Source: Minisyncoccota bacterium (lineage in GTDB: Bacteria; Patescibacteriota; Minisyncoccia; Phycocordibacterales; Phycocordibacteraceae). From it: a DNA stretch of 64,000 nt. The notes under the pieces are model-generated. The model saw only the letters and a list, made by a program, of their open reading frames with translations. It was not told where the DNA came from and made no database searches. The position numbers and the translations under genes were made by a program. Location: the NCBI GenBank assembly GCA_041657665.1, contig JBBABN010000001.1:2355-66354 (forward strand), in the 5' to 3' direction. Shown here piece after piece: positions 1-11,056 of this stretch (position 1 is the stretch's first letter; each line of letters starts with the position of its first letter).

Positions 1-224
1 ATTCTCTGACCGTTGTTCATGCAGCAACCCTTGTGTTTGAACACAAGAGATAGCGCCGAGAGACCAACGACGAAGTAAACAACATTCTCAATCACCGGCC
101 ACTGACGAAGGAGAAGATTTACCACGTTCCAATTGCTTCCCATCCAATAGCTAATTGCAATAAGACCCCAATTGAGTCCGCCGATAATAACCAGGATGAA
201 TGCGAGACCGTTTAGTGCTTTCAT
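1..224 (-). CDS. DUF378-family small membrane protein (runs off window edge)
   Basis: Manual translation MKALNGLAFILVIIGGLNWGLIAISYWMGSNWNVVNLLL...VYFVVGLSAL; the IIGGLNWGL motif is typical of DUF378. Confidence 0.8.
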   Translation of the reverse strand, partial: MKALNGLAFILVIIGGLNWGLIAISYWMGSNWNVVNLLLRQWPVIENVVYFVVGLSALSLVFKHKGCCMNNGQR

Positions 225-400
225 AGTGATGAATAATTAATAAAGCGGCAGTAATGTGAGTCCGCTGCGTACAGTATGACTCTTTATTAAACAATGGGGA
301 GACCTGCCTGTGCAAAACATCAGTCATTAAAAACGCTCATAAAAATATTTCTATCAGATTTGACTTTCATAGTGAATCTGATAGAATACTTGTCAATCAT

Positions 401-1861
401 ATGCAAAAGATATTTTCTTTACTTATTCCTCCTTTTCGGAGGATTATTAAATCAAAAGTCGCAATGAGCGTTATTGGTGTGGCGTTAATAGGTATTGGAA
501 GCTTTTTCTTTTTTCATAAGAGTTCATCCTACCAATTCGTGACCGTACAGCGCGGTTCTGTCGCCGAATCGGTCTCACTTACCGGTAATACGACCCCAGC
601 AAAGAGTGTCGATCTCTCATTCGGCAGCAGCGGCATTATTGCTCATACCTACACAACTCTTGGAGCATCGGTATACGCTGGCCAGATACTGGCAGAACTC
701 AATATAACCGACCTTGCTGCACAATTACGCAATGCTCAAGCGGGACTCACTATTATTGAACAACAAGCATCCGCTTCGAAAGACAATCTTTCGAATGTTA
801 CTGCCCAACAAGATTCTTTAGTCGCGGGCGCGTGGCAGAGCATGCATAGCAATTTCGCCGCGGTACCGACATATACTTTTACAACGAATCCTCCTCCTGT
901 TATTTCTGGATCGTATACCGGAACTGCTGATGGGTTATATAAAATAGAAGTGTATGCATCAAGCGCACTCGGTGGTGCCTCTTTTAATTATTCTGGTCTT
1001 GAATCAGGCACAGAATCAGTAACAACAAATGCTGATGTTCCATTGGGTACCCAAGGACTCTTTGTTCGCTTCCCCGATTCTGTTTCTGCCAGCAGCTATG
1101 TGGGGAGTGTTTGGGTTATTAATGTCCCCAACACTCGCTGGAGTGGCTATGCAAATGCACTGAAAAGCTATCAGACCGCACTCGAAACCCGTCAGAAATC
1201 TATCGCTGACGCTCAGGCAAATGTTGGTGATGGGATTGTTTCTTCAGTAACTGATGCAAAAATCACTCAAGCACGTGCAAATGTCGATAGTGCATTGGCT
1301 AAGATACAGAACGCTCGAATTATCGCGCCTATTAGCGGCATCGTGACACAGTTTGACGCGAAAGTGGGCCAACTTGCTTCCCCGAGTGCACCACTTGCTT
1401 CTCTTATTGGTAATGACGGATTCGAAGTCAACGCAGGAGTATCTGAAACCGACGTCGGGAAATTGACGGTCGGTAATATAGTAACGATGACCCTCGACGC
1501 TTTCCCGAATGAGACCTTCTCAGGAAAAGTATTTTATATTGCACCAGCGCAAACAAACACTCAAGGAGTCATTAGTTATCAGATAAAAATCTCATTCGAG
1601 AAACCTGACCCGCGATTGAAGAGCGGCCTTACTGCAAACATTACTATCCAGACGAAACAACATAATGATGTGTTGATTCTCCCTCAGTATGCCATCTTGC
1701 AGAACGATAATGGTACATTCGTTGAAACACTTTCAGGAAACACTGTAACTACTACTCCTGTTACTCTTGGTATCCAAGATCAAAAAGGAAATGTCGAGAT
1801 TCTCTCTGGAGTTACCGAAGGTGAACAAGTCATTAATATTGGGCTTAAAAAGACCCAGTAG
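401..1861 (+). CDS. Efflux transporter periplasmic adaptor subunit (MacA/HlyD-like)
   Basis: N-terminal TM, lipoyl-like IIAPISGIV, beta-barrel VSETDVGKL...LKSGLTA; upstream of ABC genes. Confidence 0.9.
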   Translation: MQKIFSLLIPPFRRIIKSKVAMSVIGVALIGIGSFFFFHKSSSYQFVTVQRGSVAESVSLTGNTTPAKSVDLSFGSSGIIAHTYTTLGASVYAGQILAELNITDLAAQLRNAQAGLTIIEQQASASKDNLSNVTAQQDSLVAGAWQSMHSNFAAVPTYTFTTNPPPVISGSYTGTADGLYKIEVYASSALGGASFNYSGLESGTESVTTNADVPLGTQGLFVRFPDSVSASSYVGSVWVINVPNTRWSGYANALKSYQTALETRQKSIADAQANVGDGIVSSVTDAKITQARANVDSALAKIQNARIIAPISGIVTQFDAKVGQLASPSAPLASLIGNDGFEVNAGVSETDVGKLTVGNIVTMTLDAFPNETFSGKVFYIAPAQTNTQGVISYQIKISFEKPDPRLKSGLTANITIQTKQHNDVLILPQYAILQNDNGTFVETLSGNTVTTTPVTLGIQDQKGNVEILSGVTEGEQVINIGLKKTQ

Positions 1862-1893
1862 GCGAATCAGCAGATTCGCTCTTGGAGTAACTT

Positions 1894-2613
1894 ATGCTAA
1901 ATCAAATGATCGAGATTCACGATTTACAAAAAGAATATATAGAAGAAGAGACACCAACTCGCGCTCTGCGCGGAGTAACACTCTCGATAAATAAAGGCGA
2001 ATTTGTCTCCATTATGGGACCATCAGGGAGTGGTAAATCCACACTTCTACAAATACTCAGTTTCCTCGACCGACCAACCGGTGGATCCTATACCTTCCAA
2101 GGGAAGCGTATCGACGATATGAATGATCAAGAACTTGCACATGTCCGCAACACAGATATGGGTTTCATATTCCAATCATTTAACCTTCTTTCTCGGTTAA
2201 CCGTATATGACAATGTAGAGATTCCCCTCCTTTATTCTGATATCTTACCTGCGAAACGCCGCACACTTGTTGAAGAAGCAGTCCGATCTGTCGGACTCGC
2301 CGACAAACTACATACTGAAGCAGGAAAACTCTCGGGCGGCCAGAAACAGCGCGTCGCTATAGCACGAGCACTCGTAACCGAGCCGAATGTCATCTTCGCA
2401 GATGAACCGACCGGAAATCTCGACTCGGTGTCTGGCCTTCAGATTATGGAAATACTCGAATCGCTTCATGATCGTGGTCGTACGATCATATTAGTAACGC
2501 ATGAAACACAGACCGCCGAATTTGCTAATCGTATTATTAGAATGAAAGACGGTTCAATAGAGAGTGATACACCAATTACCGCCAATCGTGTCCGTCACGG
2601 ATCACTGAAATAA
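1894..2613 (+). CDS. MacB/LolD-type ABC transporter ATP-binding protein
   Basis: Walker [33 protein letters not shown]. Confidence 0.95.
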   Translation: MLNQMIEIHDLQKEYIEEETPTRALRGVTLSINKGEFVSIMGPSGSGKSTLLQILSFLDRPTGGSYTFQGKRIDDMNDQELAHVRNTDMGFIFQSFNLLSRLTVYDNVEIPLLYSDILPAKRRTLVEEAVRSVGLADKLHTEAGKLSGGQKQRVAIARALVTEPNVIFADEPTGNLDSVSGLQIMEILESLHDRGRTIILVTHETQTAEFANRIIRMKDGSIESDTPITANRVRHGSLK

Positions 2614-2614
2614 T

Positions 2615-3865
2615 ATGTTGGTACGAGATGCTTTCAAGACCGCCACACGTTCTCTCACACATGGGAAAATGCGTTCAATTCTCACAATGCTCGGTATCGT
2701 TATTGGCATCGCCTCAGTCATCATTCTGATGTCAATTGGCCAATCAGCACAAAACTTAATCCTAGGACAAGTACAAAGTGTTGGATCTAATCTCATCATC
2801 ATTGCCCCCGGTGCACCAAGTGGGAGCGGATTCTCTCCTCCTGCGTCTTCACAGGGCATCGTTATTACCAGTTTGAAACAAGCTGACGCTGATTCTCTCT
2901 CACGCGAGCCGTCCATACACGCAGTGGCATCACTCGTGAGCGGACAAGCAGAAGTAGTGCAAGGAAATACCAACAAAACAGTGAGTTACCAAGGAGTATC
3001 GGCCGATATGTTTTCAGTGCGAAATCTTACTCTTAGTAAAGGATATCCTTTCACTAAGGGAGATGTTGATTCTGCAAATCATGTTGCAATTATAGGACCC
3101 GATCTCGCAACGAAACTCTTCGGGTCCTATGTTGATCCACTCAATAAAACAATACGATTAAAGAATATTTCTTTTCGTATCGTCGGAGTTCTTAGCAAGG
3201 GAGGAACAGGAATGGGTGGCGTTGATCAAGGAAATATTGTCATTGTTCCTATCACTGTTGCGCAGAAACAACTGCTTGGCGTTAATCATTTCAGTACAAT
3301 TCTCGTCGAGGCGGACGCCCAGTACGATATTAATTTCGTAAAATCACGTATCACATTCTCATTACGTCAGAATCACGGTATATCTGATCCGACAAAAGAT
3401 GACTTTAGTATTATGACGCAGGCCGATCTTCTTTCTATTGTAGGAAATATCACCTCAATCCTTACACTCTTCTTAGCAGCAATCGCTTCTATCTCACTCG
3501 TCGTTGGTGGCATTGGAATTATGAACATAATGTTGGTCTCAGTTACTGAACGCACACGAGAGATCGGACTACGCAAAGCGGTTGGTGCGACTGACACTGA
3601 TATCTTGCAACAATTTCTTATCGAGTCGGTTTTACTCACCTTTGCGGGCGGCCTGATAGGCATTATGTTCGGTGCGCTCGTCGTCGGAGCCGTCTATTTC
3701 GGTATCACCATTTTCAACCCAGAGCTCGGCTGGACCTTCGCCTTCCCTCTCTCGGCAGTTATCCTCGGACTCACAGTGTCTGGCATCGCCGGCATTGTCT
3801 TCGGTATTTATCCAGCACGCCAAGCAGGGCGAAAAAATCCTATCGACGCATTGCGTTACGAATAA
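2615..3865 (+). CDS. MacB/FtsX-type ABC transporter permease
   Basis: RSILTMLGIVIG, GGIGIMNIMLVSVTERTREIGLRKAVGA, PIDALRYE. Confidence 0.95.
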   Translation: MLVRDAFKTATRSLTHGKMRSILTMLGIVIGIASVIILMSIGQSAQNLILGQVQSVGSNLIIIAPGAPSGSGFSPPASSQGIVITSLKQADADSLSREPSIHAVASLVSGQAEVVQGNTNKTVSYQGVSADMFSVRNLTLSKGYPFTKGDVDSANHVAIIGPDLATKLFGSYVDPLNKTIRLKNISFRIVGVLSKGGTGMGGVDQGNIVIVPITVAQKQLLGVNHFSTILVEADAQYDINFVKSRITFSLRQNHGISDPTKDDFSIMTQADLLSIVGNITSILTLFLAAIASISLVVGGIGIMNIMLVSVTERTREIGLRKAVGATDTDILQQFLIESVLLTFAGGLIGIMFGALVVGAVYFGITIFNPELGWTFAFPLSAVILGLTVSGIAGIVFGIYPARQAGRKNPIDALRYE

Positions 3866-3885
3866 ATCCTATATACTGAGGGTAT

Positions 3886-4590
3886 ATGCTACCTTCACCT
3901 GTTTTAGTGTTAATCGCCACACTCAGTATTGTTACTGTCCTGCTTCTCATGAGGCCGCGACGATTCTATATCGTCCGTCACGGCGAAACACTTTCGAATA
4001 AACAACACATTCGCCAAGGTATAGAAGGTGCTCTTTCAGAGAAGGGCCGGCATCAAGCAGATCAAACAGGCCGAGCGCTCGAACACCTTTCTATTTCAAG
4101 CATTATTTCAAGCACATATCCGCGAGCAAAAGAGACAGCTGTAATTATAAATACTCACCTTAAGGTTCCTGTACGGTATTCCCCTCTTCTTGGCGAGAGA
4201 CGTAATCCTTCTGAAATTATCGGGAAGAATAGAGACGAGCCCGAGGTTTCTCACATCATCGATCAGATGGATCTCTCGTATCACGGCGATAATTATCGCT
4301 TCTCTGACGAAGAAAACTTTGCTGACCTGAAGAAGCGAGCACGGAAATGTCTCGCACTTCTCTCGCGTCAAGGAACGCGAAATACTTGTGTCGTAACACA
4401 TCACGTATTCCTTAAAATGTTACTCGCCTATATGCTTCATCGCGAACGATTACACGCCGCTGACTTTGCGAAGCTCTCGTTTTTTAATATCTCTGATAAC
4501 GCAGGTATCTCTATTTGTGAATTCCATCCGTGGAAGATGTTCTCGCCCACCCGCGGCTGGAAGGTCGTGAGTTTCAACGAAACACCCTAA
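3886..4590 (+). CDS. Histidine phosphatase family protein with N-terminal TM
   Basis: RHGET catalytic motif, VVTH motif. Confidence 0.85.
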   Translation: MLPSPVLVLIATLSIVTVLLLMRPRRFYIVRHGETLSNKQHIRQGIEGALSEKGRHQADQTGRALEHLSISSIISSTYPRAKETAVIINTHLKVPVRYSPLLGERRNPSEIIGKNRDEPEVSHIIDQMDLSYHGDNYRFSDEENFADLKKRARKCLALLSRQGTRNTCVVTHHVFLKMLLAYMLHRERLHAADFAKLSFFNISDNAGISICEFHPWKMFSPTRGWKVVSFNETP

Positions 4591-4603
4591 GCATTCGCAT
4601 TCC

Positions 4604-4641
4604 GACATCCGATGTCCTCGTACATTTGAACATCGGATGTC
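4604..4641. repeat. Palindromic element GACATCCGATGTC...GAACATCGGATGTC
   Basis: Inverted repeat between convergent genes. Confidence 0.7.
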
Positions 4642-4658
4642 CATACCTATTGCATTTA

Positions 4659-4698
4659 AAGGTTCGACCTTGAGAATTCGGATTTAAGGTCGAACCTT
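4659..4698. repeat. Paired AAGGTTCGACCTT / AAGGTCGAACCTT palindromes
   Basis: Two 13-nt self-palindromic units in inverted orientation; related element at 17791-17842. Confidence 0.7.
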
Positions 4699-4708
4699 GT
4701 TGAATACC

Positions 4709-7700
4709 TCAACGGGCTGAGTTAATCGCCGCTCTAGTAAGCGGCCCGAAATATCCCACAGCCGGTGTGATGTTGTTCGCCTTCTGGAATCTGATAAGAG
4801 CGGCCTTGGTCAATGCACCAAATTTGGTTGTTTCATTTCCTGGTGAACCTGGACCGCTCTCCGCAAGAATGAAGCCATGGGTGTTAAGGAACTGTTGGAG
4901 TTTTTGTACATCAGTACCGGTGGTGTTTAGTTTCAGATCGCGAGCAAACCCGGTTTGTGAGCTTGTCGAACCCGTCGAGGGGGTGAAAGATGAAGTGGAA
5001 ACTGTTGAAGTTGTAATCGTTTCTCCCAAGAGAGCGGCTTGTACCTTCGCTATAGTATTGGCATCAACGCCGAAGGAAGCGAGGACAGCGAGAATGGAAG
5101 ATACTTGTACAGAAGAAAGGGGGCTTGCCCCGCGAAGCTCTCCTTCCGAGGAGAGCGAAGTGGGGGTAGTAGTGGCAACAACAGGAGTGACGCGGGGATA
5201 GGTGTGAGAGAACCCACAACCTATAGTGAAGGTCTGGGTGTTGGAGTTGGTACTGTTGTCATTGTTGTCGAGGGCCTTGATGTACCACGAGTGTGTATTA
5301 GAGCAAGAGATAGAGGTTGGAACAGAGACCGAGGTGTCGGAAGTGCTCCCGATAAGGGTGTCATCGATATAGAGCTCATAGGGAGCAAGACCTGATTCAG
5401 TGTCAGAAGAAGCGGTCCAAGAGAGGGTGCCTCCTTTCGAGATGCCGTCATTGTTAGCTGGGGCGGTTAGAGAGAAAGATGCGGGAGCGGTCGTGTCTTT
5501 GGTGAGGGCGAAGGTGTGGGTTGAATACCCGCCGACATAGGTGAAGGTGAGGGAGCCGTCAGCGTCGGACTTGCAGATGCCGTTGGTACATTGGCTGTTG
5601 TTGGTGATGGCGGTGGTAGAGGCAGAGGAGTCGAGGTTGAATGTGTAGTATGTGGAGGGGGTGAGATCGCCGATGGTATAGACGGTGCTGGTGGCGTGGG
5701 TGTTAAAGGCGGCGATACTGGAGGTTGCGGTCCACTGTTTGTTCTTGGTGCCGGATGTGAGCCAAGAATCAATGGTGATGTCCATATATTGCGAAGTGGA
5801 GGCGGTATAGAAGCCGTCCACGGGAGTGACGGAGAAGTTGGCAGCTGGAATGGTGGTGGCAGTGGTGGTGGCGACGAGAGCGCGATACTTGTTGTCGGAA
5901 TAGATGCGGATGGAACCGCTCGTTGGTACTGGAGTTGTTCCCACTGTGTATGGCGGTTGATATTCGTATGCGCCGATGTCTGGGGTGCCGTATATTGAGT
6001 TGCCGGCATAGTCGGTGGTTAATGAGACGTCAGTACCAGCATCAATCGCCGGAGAAAGATACGAGAGTTGAAAATCGGTGACAGCAGTATAATTACCTGT
6101 AGCATTTACAAAAAGAGGATCGGAATTATTACTGTTTAGTTCGTTGGCAGAATGGTAGGTTGCCCATGATGTGTTATTGCTATTATCATCTGTGTTATAA
6201 AATTTACTATCATCAAAAGGTTTGTATAAATTATAGTCAAATGTTGTATAAGATGAATGTCTGTTTAATATCTCTCGCGGCTTACCGTTTCCACCTAAAA
6301 TACCATTCTGTACTGTTAAATTACCGCTAGGTTTGTTGTAATAATTATTACCTCTAATCGATGCAGTTATTACTGTACTTTCTTTAAAAAGATCTCCAAC
6401 AGCATATCCATTTGACCAACCAATAGAATTATAAAAATAATTCGTGCCGTCGGAAACATCTCCAAATCCCTCATTATAATTATGATGAGCTATACAATAA
6501 TAACATTTTATATTTGTCGTAGAATCATGAGGCAAAAAACCCCCGCCATCAGATGTTTCGTTAACTGTTCCATTATAAGAGGCTTCACTATTCAAATATA
6601 TTATATCACTGGCTGATGCCGAAGAAAGGAATCCAATATTATTATTATTATTAGCCATACAATTATTATAAGTTATATTATACGATGTGCCTCTCGCAAC
6701 AAACCCGTTCATAGAATTATGATTCGCCGAAACACTATTATATGTAATGTCGTGGGTCGCTCCCATTAATTCAAAAGCACCATAGGCAGTAGAGTTGCTC
6801 ATACTGCTATCGTCTACCACAATATTTGATGAATCGGTAAAACTAAATCCTGCGCCGGATGATCCTGTGATATTACTAATGGTACCAGTAGCAACATTAT
6901 TTAAAGCAATTCCTGTTAATGTCGAATTAGTTATTGTTAAATTTAAGCCGGTATTTATAGAAATTAATGTCGATGTCGAATTGGTTATTGTTAAATTTGC
7001 AGCATTACTTATAAGTAAGTCGCCAGTATTAATAACTGAATTTTGTAAAGTTATATTATCATTGCCCGTACCAGTAAAACTCATAGCTTTTTTTGTTGGT
7101 CCGCTATTTGTTAGCACCACATTATCAATAACTATATTATTCAAAATACTGTCGGACCATATATTATATCCATAGCCCCCCATATCGCTGGTAATATTAT
7201 TAAATTTAATATTAGAGCCTGCCCCTATGAGTATTCCTATAGTCGAAACTGTTGTCCCTGTATATTGGCAAGAAAATCCTTGAACTATAATATTAGATTT
7301 GCCGTTGGTACTTATTAGATAGCCAGAAGCAACAACAATCGCAGGAGTTTCGTTCGGCACATTCGCATAGGTAATTTCAGTGTCAACGCCGGAACCTCCC
7401 GACGGAAGGATTAAAATTTCTGTGTAATTTCCACCTTGTGAACTGAAAAGAATTTGATCACCATCTCCAAAAGTTGCGAGTTTTACTTGAGCCATGTTCA
7501 AAGAGGTACCGACTGCGTTAGGGCTTGTTGCATTCGCTTTATTAGCCGCGGTCACCGTCCCATCTGCCCGCACATAATACGTCGTTGCACTCGCCTGCCC
7601 TATTCCAATAAACAAAAAACTTCCTGAAAGAATTAGAAAGAATGCAATGAAGCGAACATTTTTGTTGAAAAAATTGGGGCTATTTACTCTCTCTCTCTCT

Positions 7701-7741
7701 CTCTCTCGTTTCGGCTGTGCTAATTTGAGTGTTTTTATCAT
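4709..7741 (-). CDS. Large secreted surface protein: parallel beta-helix + choice-of-anchor-Q-like + Ig/FN3-like + C-terminal peptidoglycan-binding domain
   Basis: Signal peptide (ASA|TTYYV), Asn/Ser-rich beta-helix repeats, SPAIDAG...PDIGAYEY, C-terminal GTDVQKLQQFLN...GYFGPLTRAAIN. Confidence 0.8.
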   Translation of the reverse strand: MIKTLKLAQPKRERERERVNSPNFFNKNVRFIAFFLILSGSFLFIGIGQASATTYYVRADGTVTAANKANATSPNAVGTSLNMAQVKLATFGDGDQILFSSQGGNYTEILILPSGGSGVDTEITYANVPNETPAIVVASGYLISTNGKSNIIVQGFSCQYTGTTVSTIGILIGAGSNIKFNNITSDMGGYGYNIWSDSILNNIVIDNVVLTNSGPTKKAMSFTGTGNDNITLQNSVINTGDLLISNAANLTITNSTSTLISINTGLNLTITNSTLTGIALNNVATGTISNITGSSGAGFSFTDSSNIVVDDSSMSNSTAYGAFELMGATHDITYNSVSANHNSMNGFVARGTSYNITYNNCMANNNNNIGFLSSASASDIIYLNSEASYNGTVNETSDGGGFLPHDSTTNIKCYYCIAHHNYNEGFGDVSDGTNYFYNSIGWSNGYAVGDLFKESTVITASIRGNNYYNKPSGNLTVQNGILGGNGKPREILNRHSSYTTFDYNLYKPFDDSKFYNTDDNSNNTSWATYHSANELNSNNSDPLFVNATGNYTAVTDFQLSYLSPAIDAGTDVSLTTDYAGNSIYGTPDIGAYEYQPPYTVGTTPVPTSGSIRIYSDNKYRALVATTTATTIPAANFSVTPVDGFYTASTSQYMDITIDSWLTSGTKNKQWTATSSIAAFNTHATSTVYTIGDLTPSTYYTFNLDSSASTTAITNNSQCTNGICKSDADGSLTFTYVGGYSTHTFALTKDTTAPASFSLTAPANNDGISKGGTLSWTASSDTESGLAPYELYIDDTLIGSTSDTSVSVPTSISCSNTHSWYIKALDNNDNSTNSNTQTFTIGCGFSHTYPRVTPVVATTTPTSLSSEGELRGASPLSSVQVSSILAVLASFGVDANTIAKVQAALLGETITTSTVSTSSFTPSTGSTSSQTGFARDLKLNTTGTDVQKLQQFLNTHGFILAESGPGSPGNETTKFGALTKAALIRFQKANNITPAVGYFGPLTRAAINSAR
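7687..7707. repeat. (CT)10C / (GA)10 dinucleotide microsatellite in 5' coding region
   Basis: ctctctctctctctctctctc, encoding RERERER in ORF 4709-7741. Confidence 0.95.
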
Positions 7742-7843
7742 ACATATTTGATGCTCCTATAGTACAGGATAGCACGTGTTACAAGAAGCTGGATGTGGAC
7801 AACCTTTCTGTTGTGCATACTGCATACTGGGTATGCACATGAT

Positions 7844-9775
7844 TTAAATAATTTCTTTATCCTGTGAAGCTTCAGCGAAGCAGGACGCGCTATTGGTCTC
7901 ATCAAATACCATGAGAGATGAATCGATATCAGCGAGGAATGACGATGGCTCAGCGAGAGAATCACTCCCGTAGATCTTTCGAATGCGCGCGAGGGTTAAG
8001 AAAAGGCGTGATTTTGCGCGCGTCATCGCCACATAAAAGAGTCGTCGCTCTTCTTCATCATCTCTCTTGGTATCATTCCCCATAGCACTGTGCGGAAAGA
8101 GCCCTTCTTCCATACCACTCACGAATACCGTGTCGAATTCAAGACCTTTTTATGCATGGACCGTCATCAGAGTCACGCCCTTCTTATCATTCTGATCGAG
8201 TTCGTCCTGATCACTCGCGAGAGCGGCATCCGCGAGAAATGCCGAAATGCCTTCTTTCCCAATAGCCGCATCATGCCGCGCAGCGACCGAAGCGAGTTCT
8301 TCTATATTTTCAAATCGTTCCCGATCTTCATCATTCCCCTCTTCGACTAATGCGCGACGTAACCCGCTTTTTTCTATAACAAGCTTCACGAATTCAGATG
8401 GTGCGAGCGTTTCTGCGCCCTGTGCAAGCTCTGCTATAACACCTTCAAAAGTTTCAACCTTCGCGATTTCGCCCGCACGAAGCTCGCTGCGCTTCCCTGC
8501 TGCGAGCTTACCAAGTGTTACCTTACCGATACCGCGCGACGGCGAAGCTGCTGCACGAAGTTTGTCGACTTCTCTCGAAGGATCGAGCGCGAGTCGCATC
8601 CACGCGAGCGCATCTTTCACTTCTTTTCTCGCGAAGAAATGTGTCCCGAGCAATTTATACGGCACACCAGCTTTCAATAATCCTTCTTCGAGCGCTCGCG
8701 ACTGGAAGTTAGTACGAAAAAGTAGTGCGATTTCTTCTGGCTTCGCGCCATTCTTCATTAATTCTCGGATCTTCAGCGCGATCCAACGTGCCTCATCTTC
8801 AGCATTAATCGCGAAGTGCACGACAATTGGCTCACCCGCAGGATGTTCGGTCGTCGAATATCGTTCTTTACGGTTTTTATTTTTCTCGATGACGGCGTTT
8901 GCCGCATCAACTAGATTTTTTGTCGAACGATAATTACGTTCGAGAATAATCGTCTGTGCTGCAGAATATTTTTTCTCAAAATTTAAAATGTTTTCCATCT
9001 TTGCGCCGCGCCATCCGTAAATCGCTTGATCACCATCACCAACAACAAAAAGATTGTTGTGTTTTTCAGAGAGAATGCGAGCGAGTCGCTCCTGTAATCC
9101 ATTTGTATCTTGATATTCATCGATACTAATAGAGCTCCAACGAGCTTGTGCAAGCGCACGGATATCAGCATGTTCTTCGAGTAGCTGTACCGGAAGCGAA
9201 ATAAGATCATCGAAGTCGAGCGACTTCTCTTCTTTCAGAGTTTTCTCATAGCGAAGCCATACTTCTGCGGTAATACGAGAACCGAAACTTCCACGACCCT
9301 GTTTTTCATAGAATTCACTCGCGCGCATTCCCTCACCTTTCGCACGCGAGATGCGGCCCATAATTGCACGTGGAGAAAATTCCTTCGATTCCACATCAAG
9401 CGCTTTCAATGCGGTAGCAATTACTCTTTCTGAATCGGCACGATCATAGATACTAAAGAATTTCGAGACGCCTATCTCACTTCCATAACTCTCCAGAATC
9501 TCGCGCCCAAGCCCGTGGAAAGTAGCAATAAAAGGAAGGGTCCCATCATCCTCGAGCATAGTGCGGACTCGTGCACGCATCTCGCGTGCCGCTTTATTAG
9601 TGAAGGTGACCGCGAGAATCTGATTCGCCGGCACCCCAGAGCGAATCAGATGATAAATTCGCGTCGTGAGCACGCGCGTTTTCCCGCTTCCAGCACCCGC
9701 AAGAACCAAGACCGGACCATCGATAGCGAGTACTGCTCGTTTCTGAGCTTCATTCAATCCTTCAAGGTATTTCAC
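7844..9775 (-). pseudogene. pcrA: PcrA/UvrD SF1 helicase interrupted by an in-frame TAA at 8150-8152
   Basis: AGAGSGKT, DEYQD, LERNYRS; reading ...MTVHA*KGLEFDTVFVSGMEEG...EERRLFYVAMTRAK continues in the same frame. Confidence 0.85.
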
Positions 9776-9884
9776 TTACGGACTATAGCGCAAAATCGTT
9801 CTCCACAGGTCTTTTTTGGGCTCATTGACTCCTCAACTGTCTCAGATATACTAGCCCTATCGGCAGTACGAAAGTATTCAAGAA

Positions 9885-11006
9885 ATGGCTTATATACGTG
9901 AGTATGTAAGCTATTTTTGTATTCGAAAGACCCACCGCATTCCTCGTTTTCCTATTAAATTCAACCCACATCTTTTCATAGTAGGTTCTGCGATAATCGC
10001 GTCCGCCCTTATGCTCGTACCGAGCCATGCGGATGCTTTTTGGCCTTTTTCTTCTAATGCAGATGCTGCAACGAATACTATTATTCCAAGAGCTTCGACT
10101 CCAGTACTTATTGCCGCTCTGAATAGCAATCCAAACATTACCGCCTCTGTAGAGCTGGCTACTTCTGGTGGATCAGCTCTTGTTTCTCACAGTGGTCCTT
10201 CTGGTACCTCAGCCAGTATCGCGAACATACCGCCGCCTGACCAAATATCAGTCTATGTAGTCCGCCCAGGAGATACCCTCTCAGATATTGCTGACATGTT
10301 TAATGTTTCGGTAAACACTATTATTTGGGCAAACAATCTTTCTAGCGTTCGAGACATACATCAGGGCGACACGCTCATCATTCTGCCAGTTTCAGGTACT
10401 GAACGCATCATAGTTAAAGGCGACACCCTAAAATCACTCGCAAAGAAATACAATGCTGACGCGAATGAAATCGCACAATACAACGGTCTCGATCCGCTCG
10501 AACCGCTTACTATAGGATCCACCATTATCATTCCTGGCGGTGAAATCGGCACACCAGCTCCAAGCGCGTCGCCTTCAAAACCTTCTCGCACAACATCTAC
10601 TTCTAGTAACGGTTCACTGCAGACAGGTTATTACAGAAATCCTGTACCGGGAGGAGTTATCTCTCAAGGCATTCACGGAAAGAATGCTGTGGATATAGCT
10701 GCAGCACGCGGCACACCAATCCACGCAGCCGCTGGCGGAACGGTTATCATCTCGCGTAACAATGGTGGGTGGAATGGCGGATACGGCAACTATGTCGTTA
10801 TAACTCACAGTAACGGCTCCCAGACACTCTATGCTCACATGACCAATGCGATTGTTTCAACAGGACAGTCGGTTTCCTCAGGACAAATCATCGGCTATGT
10901 CGGCTCGACCGGACAATCGACCGGCTCACATCTCCACTTCGAAGTTCGTAGTGCATCCAACCCTCTCCGTAATTGTTCAGTTGGCAGAGTGTGCTCTCCT
11001 AAATAA
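9885..11006 (+). CDS. LysM + M23 family peptidoglycan endopeptidase
   Basis: Two LysM repeats (YVVRPGDTLSDIA), HGKNAVD, YAHM, HLHFEV. Confidence 0.92.
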   Translation: MAYIREYVSYFCIRKTHRIPRFPIKFNPHLFIVGSAIIASALMLVPSHADAFWPFSSNADAATNTIIPRASTPVLIAALNSNPNITASVELATSGGSALVSHSGPSGTSASIANIPPPDQISVYVVRPGDTLSDIADMFNVSVNTIIWANNLSSVRDIHQGDTLIILPVSGTERIIVKGDTLKSLAKKYNADANEIAQYNGLDPLEPLTIGSTIIIPGGEIGTPAPSASPSKPSRTTSTSSNGSLQTGYYRNPVPGGVISQGIHGKNAVDIAAARGTPIHAAAGGTVIISRNNGGWNGGYGNYVVITHSNGSQTLYAHMTNAIVSTGQSVSSGQIIGYVGSTGQSTGSHLHFEVRSASNPLRNCSVGRVCSPK

Positions 11007-11035
11007 TTAAAAACGCCCATCGGGCGTTTTTAATT
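11005..11035. terminator. Bidirectional intrinsic terminator
   Basis: AATTAAAAACGCCC-ATC-GGGCGTTTTTAATT between convergent genes. Confidence 0.85.
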
Positions 11036-11056
11036 TAATATAAAAATGCAAATGTT

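Noticed and set aside
8150-8152. Stop-codon reassignment explaining the pcrA stop
   Set aside because: The codon is TAA, which ends many genes here. TGA also acts as stop (e.g. dnaA), so code 25 does not apply.
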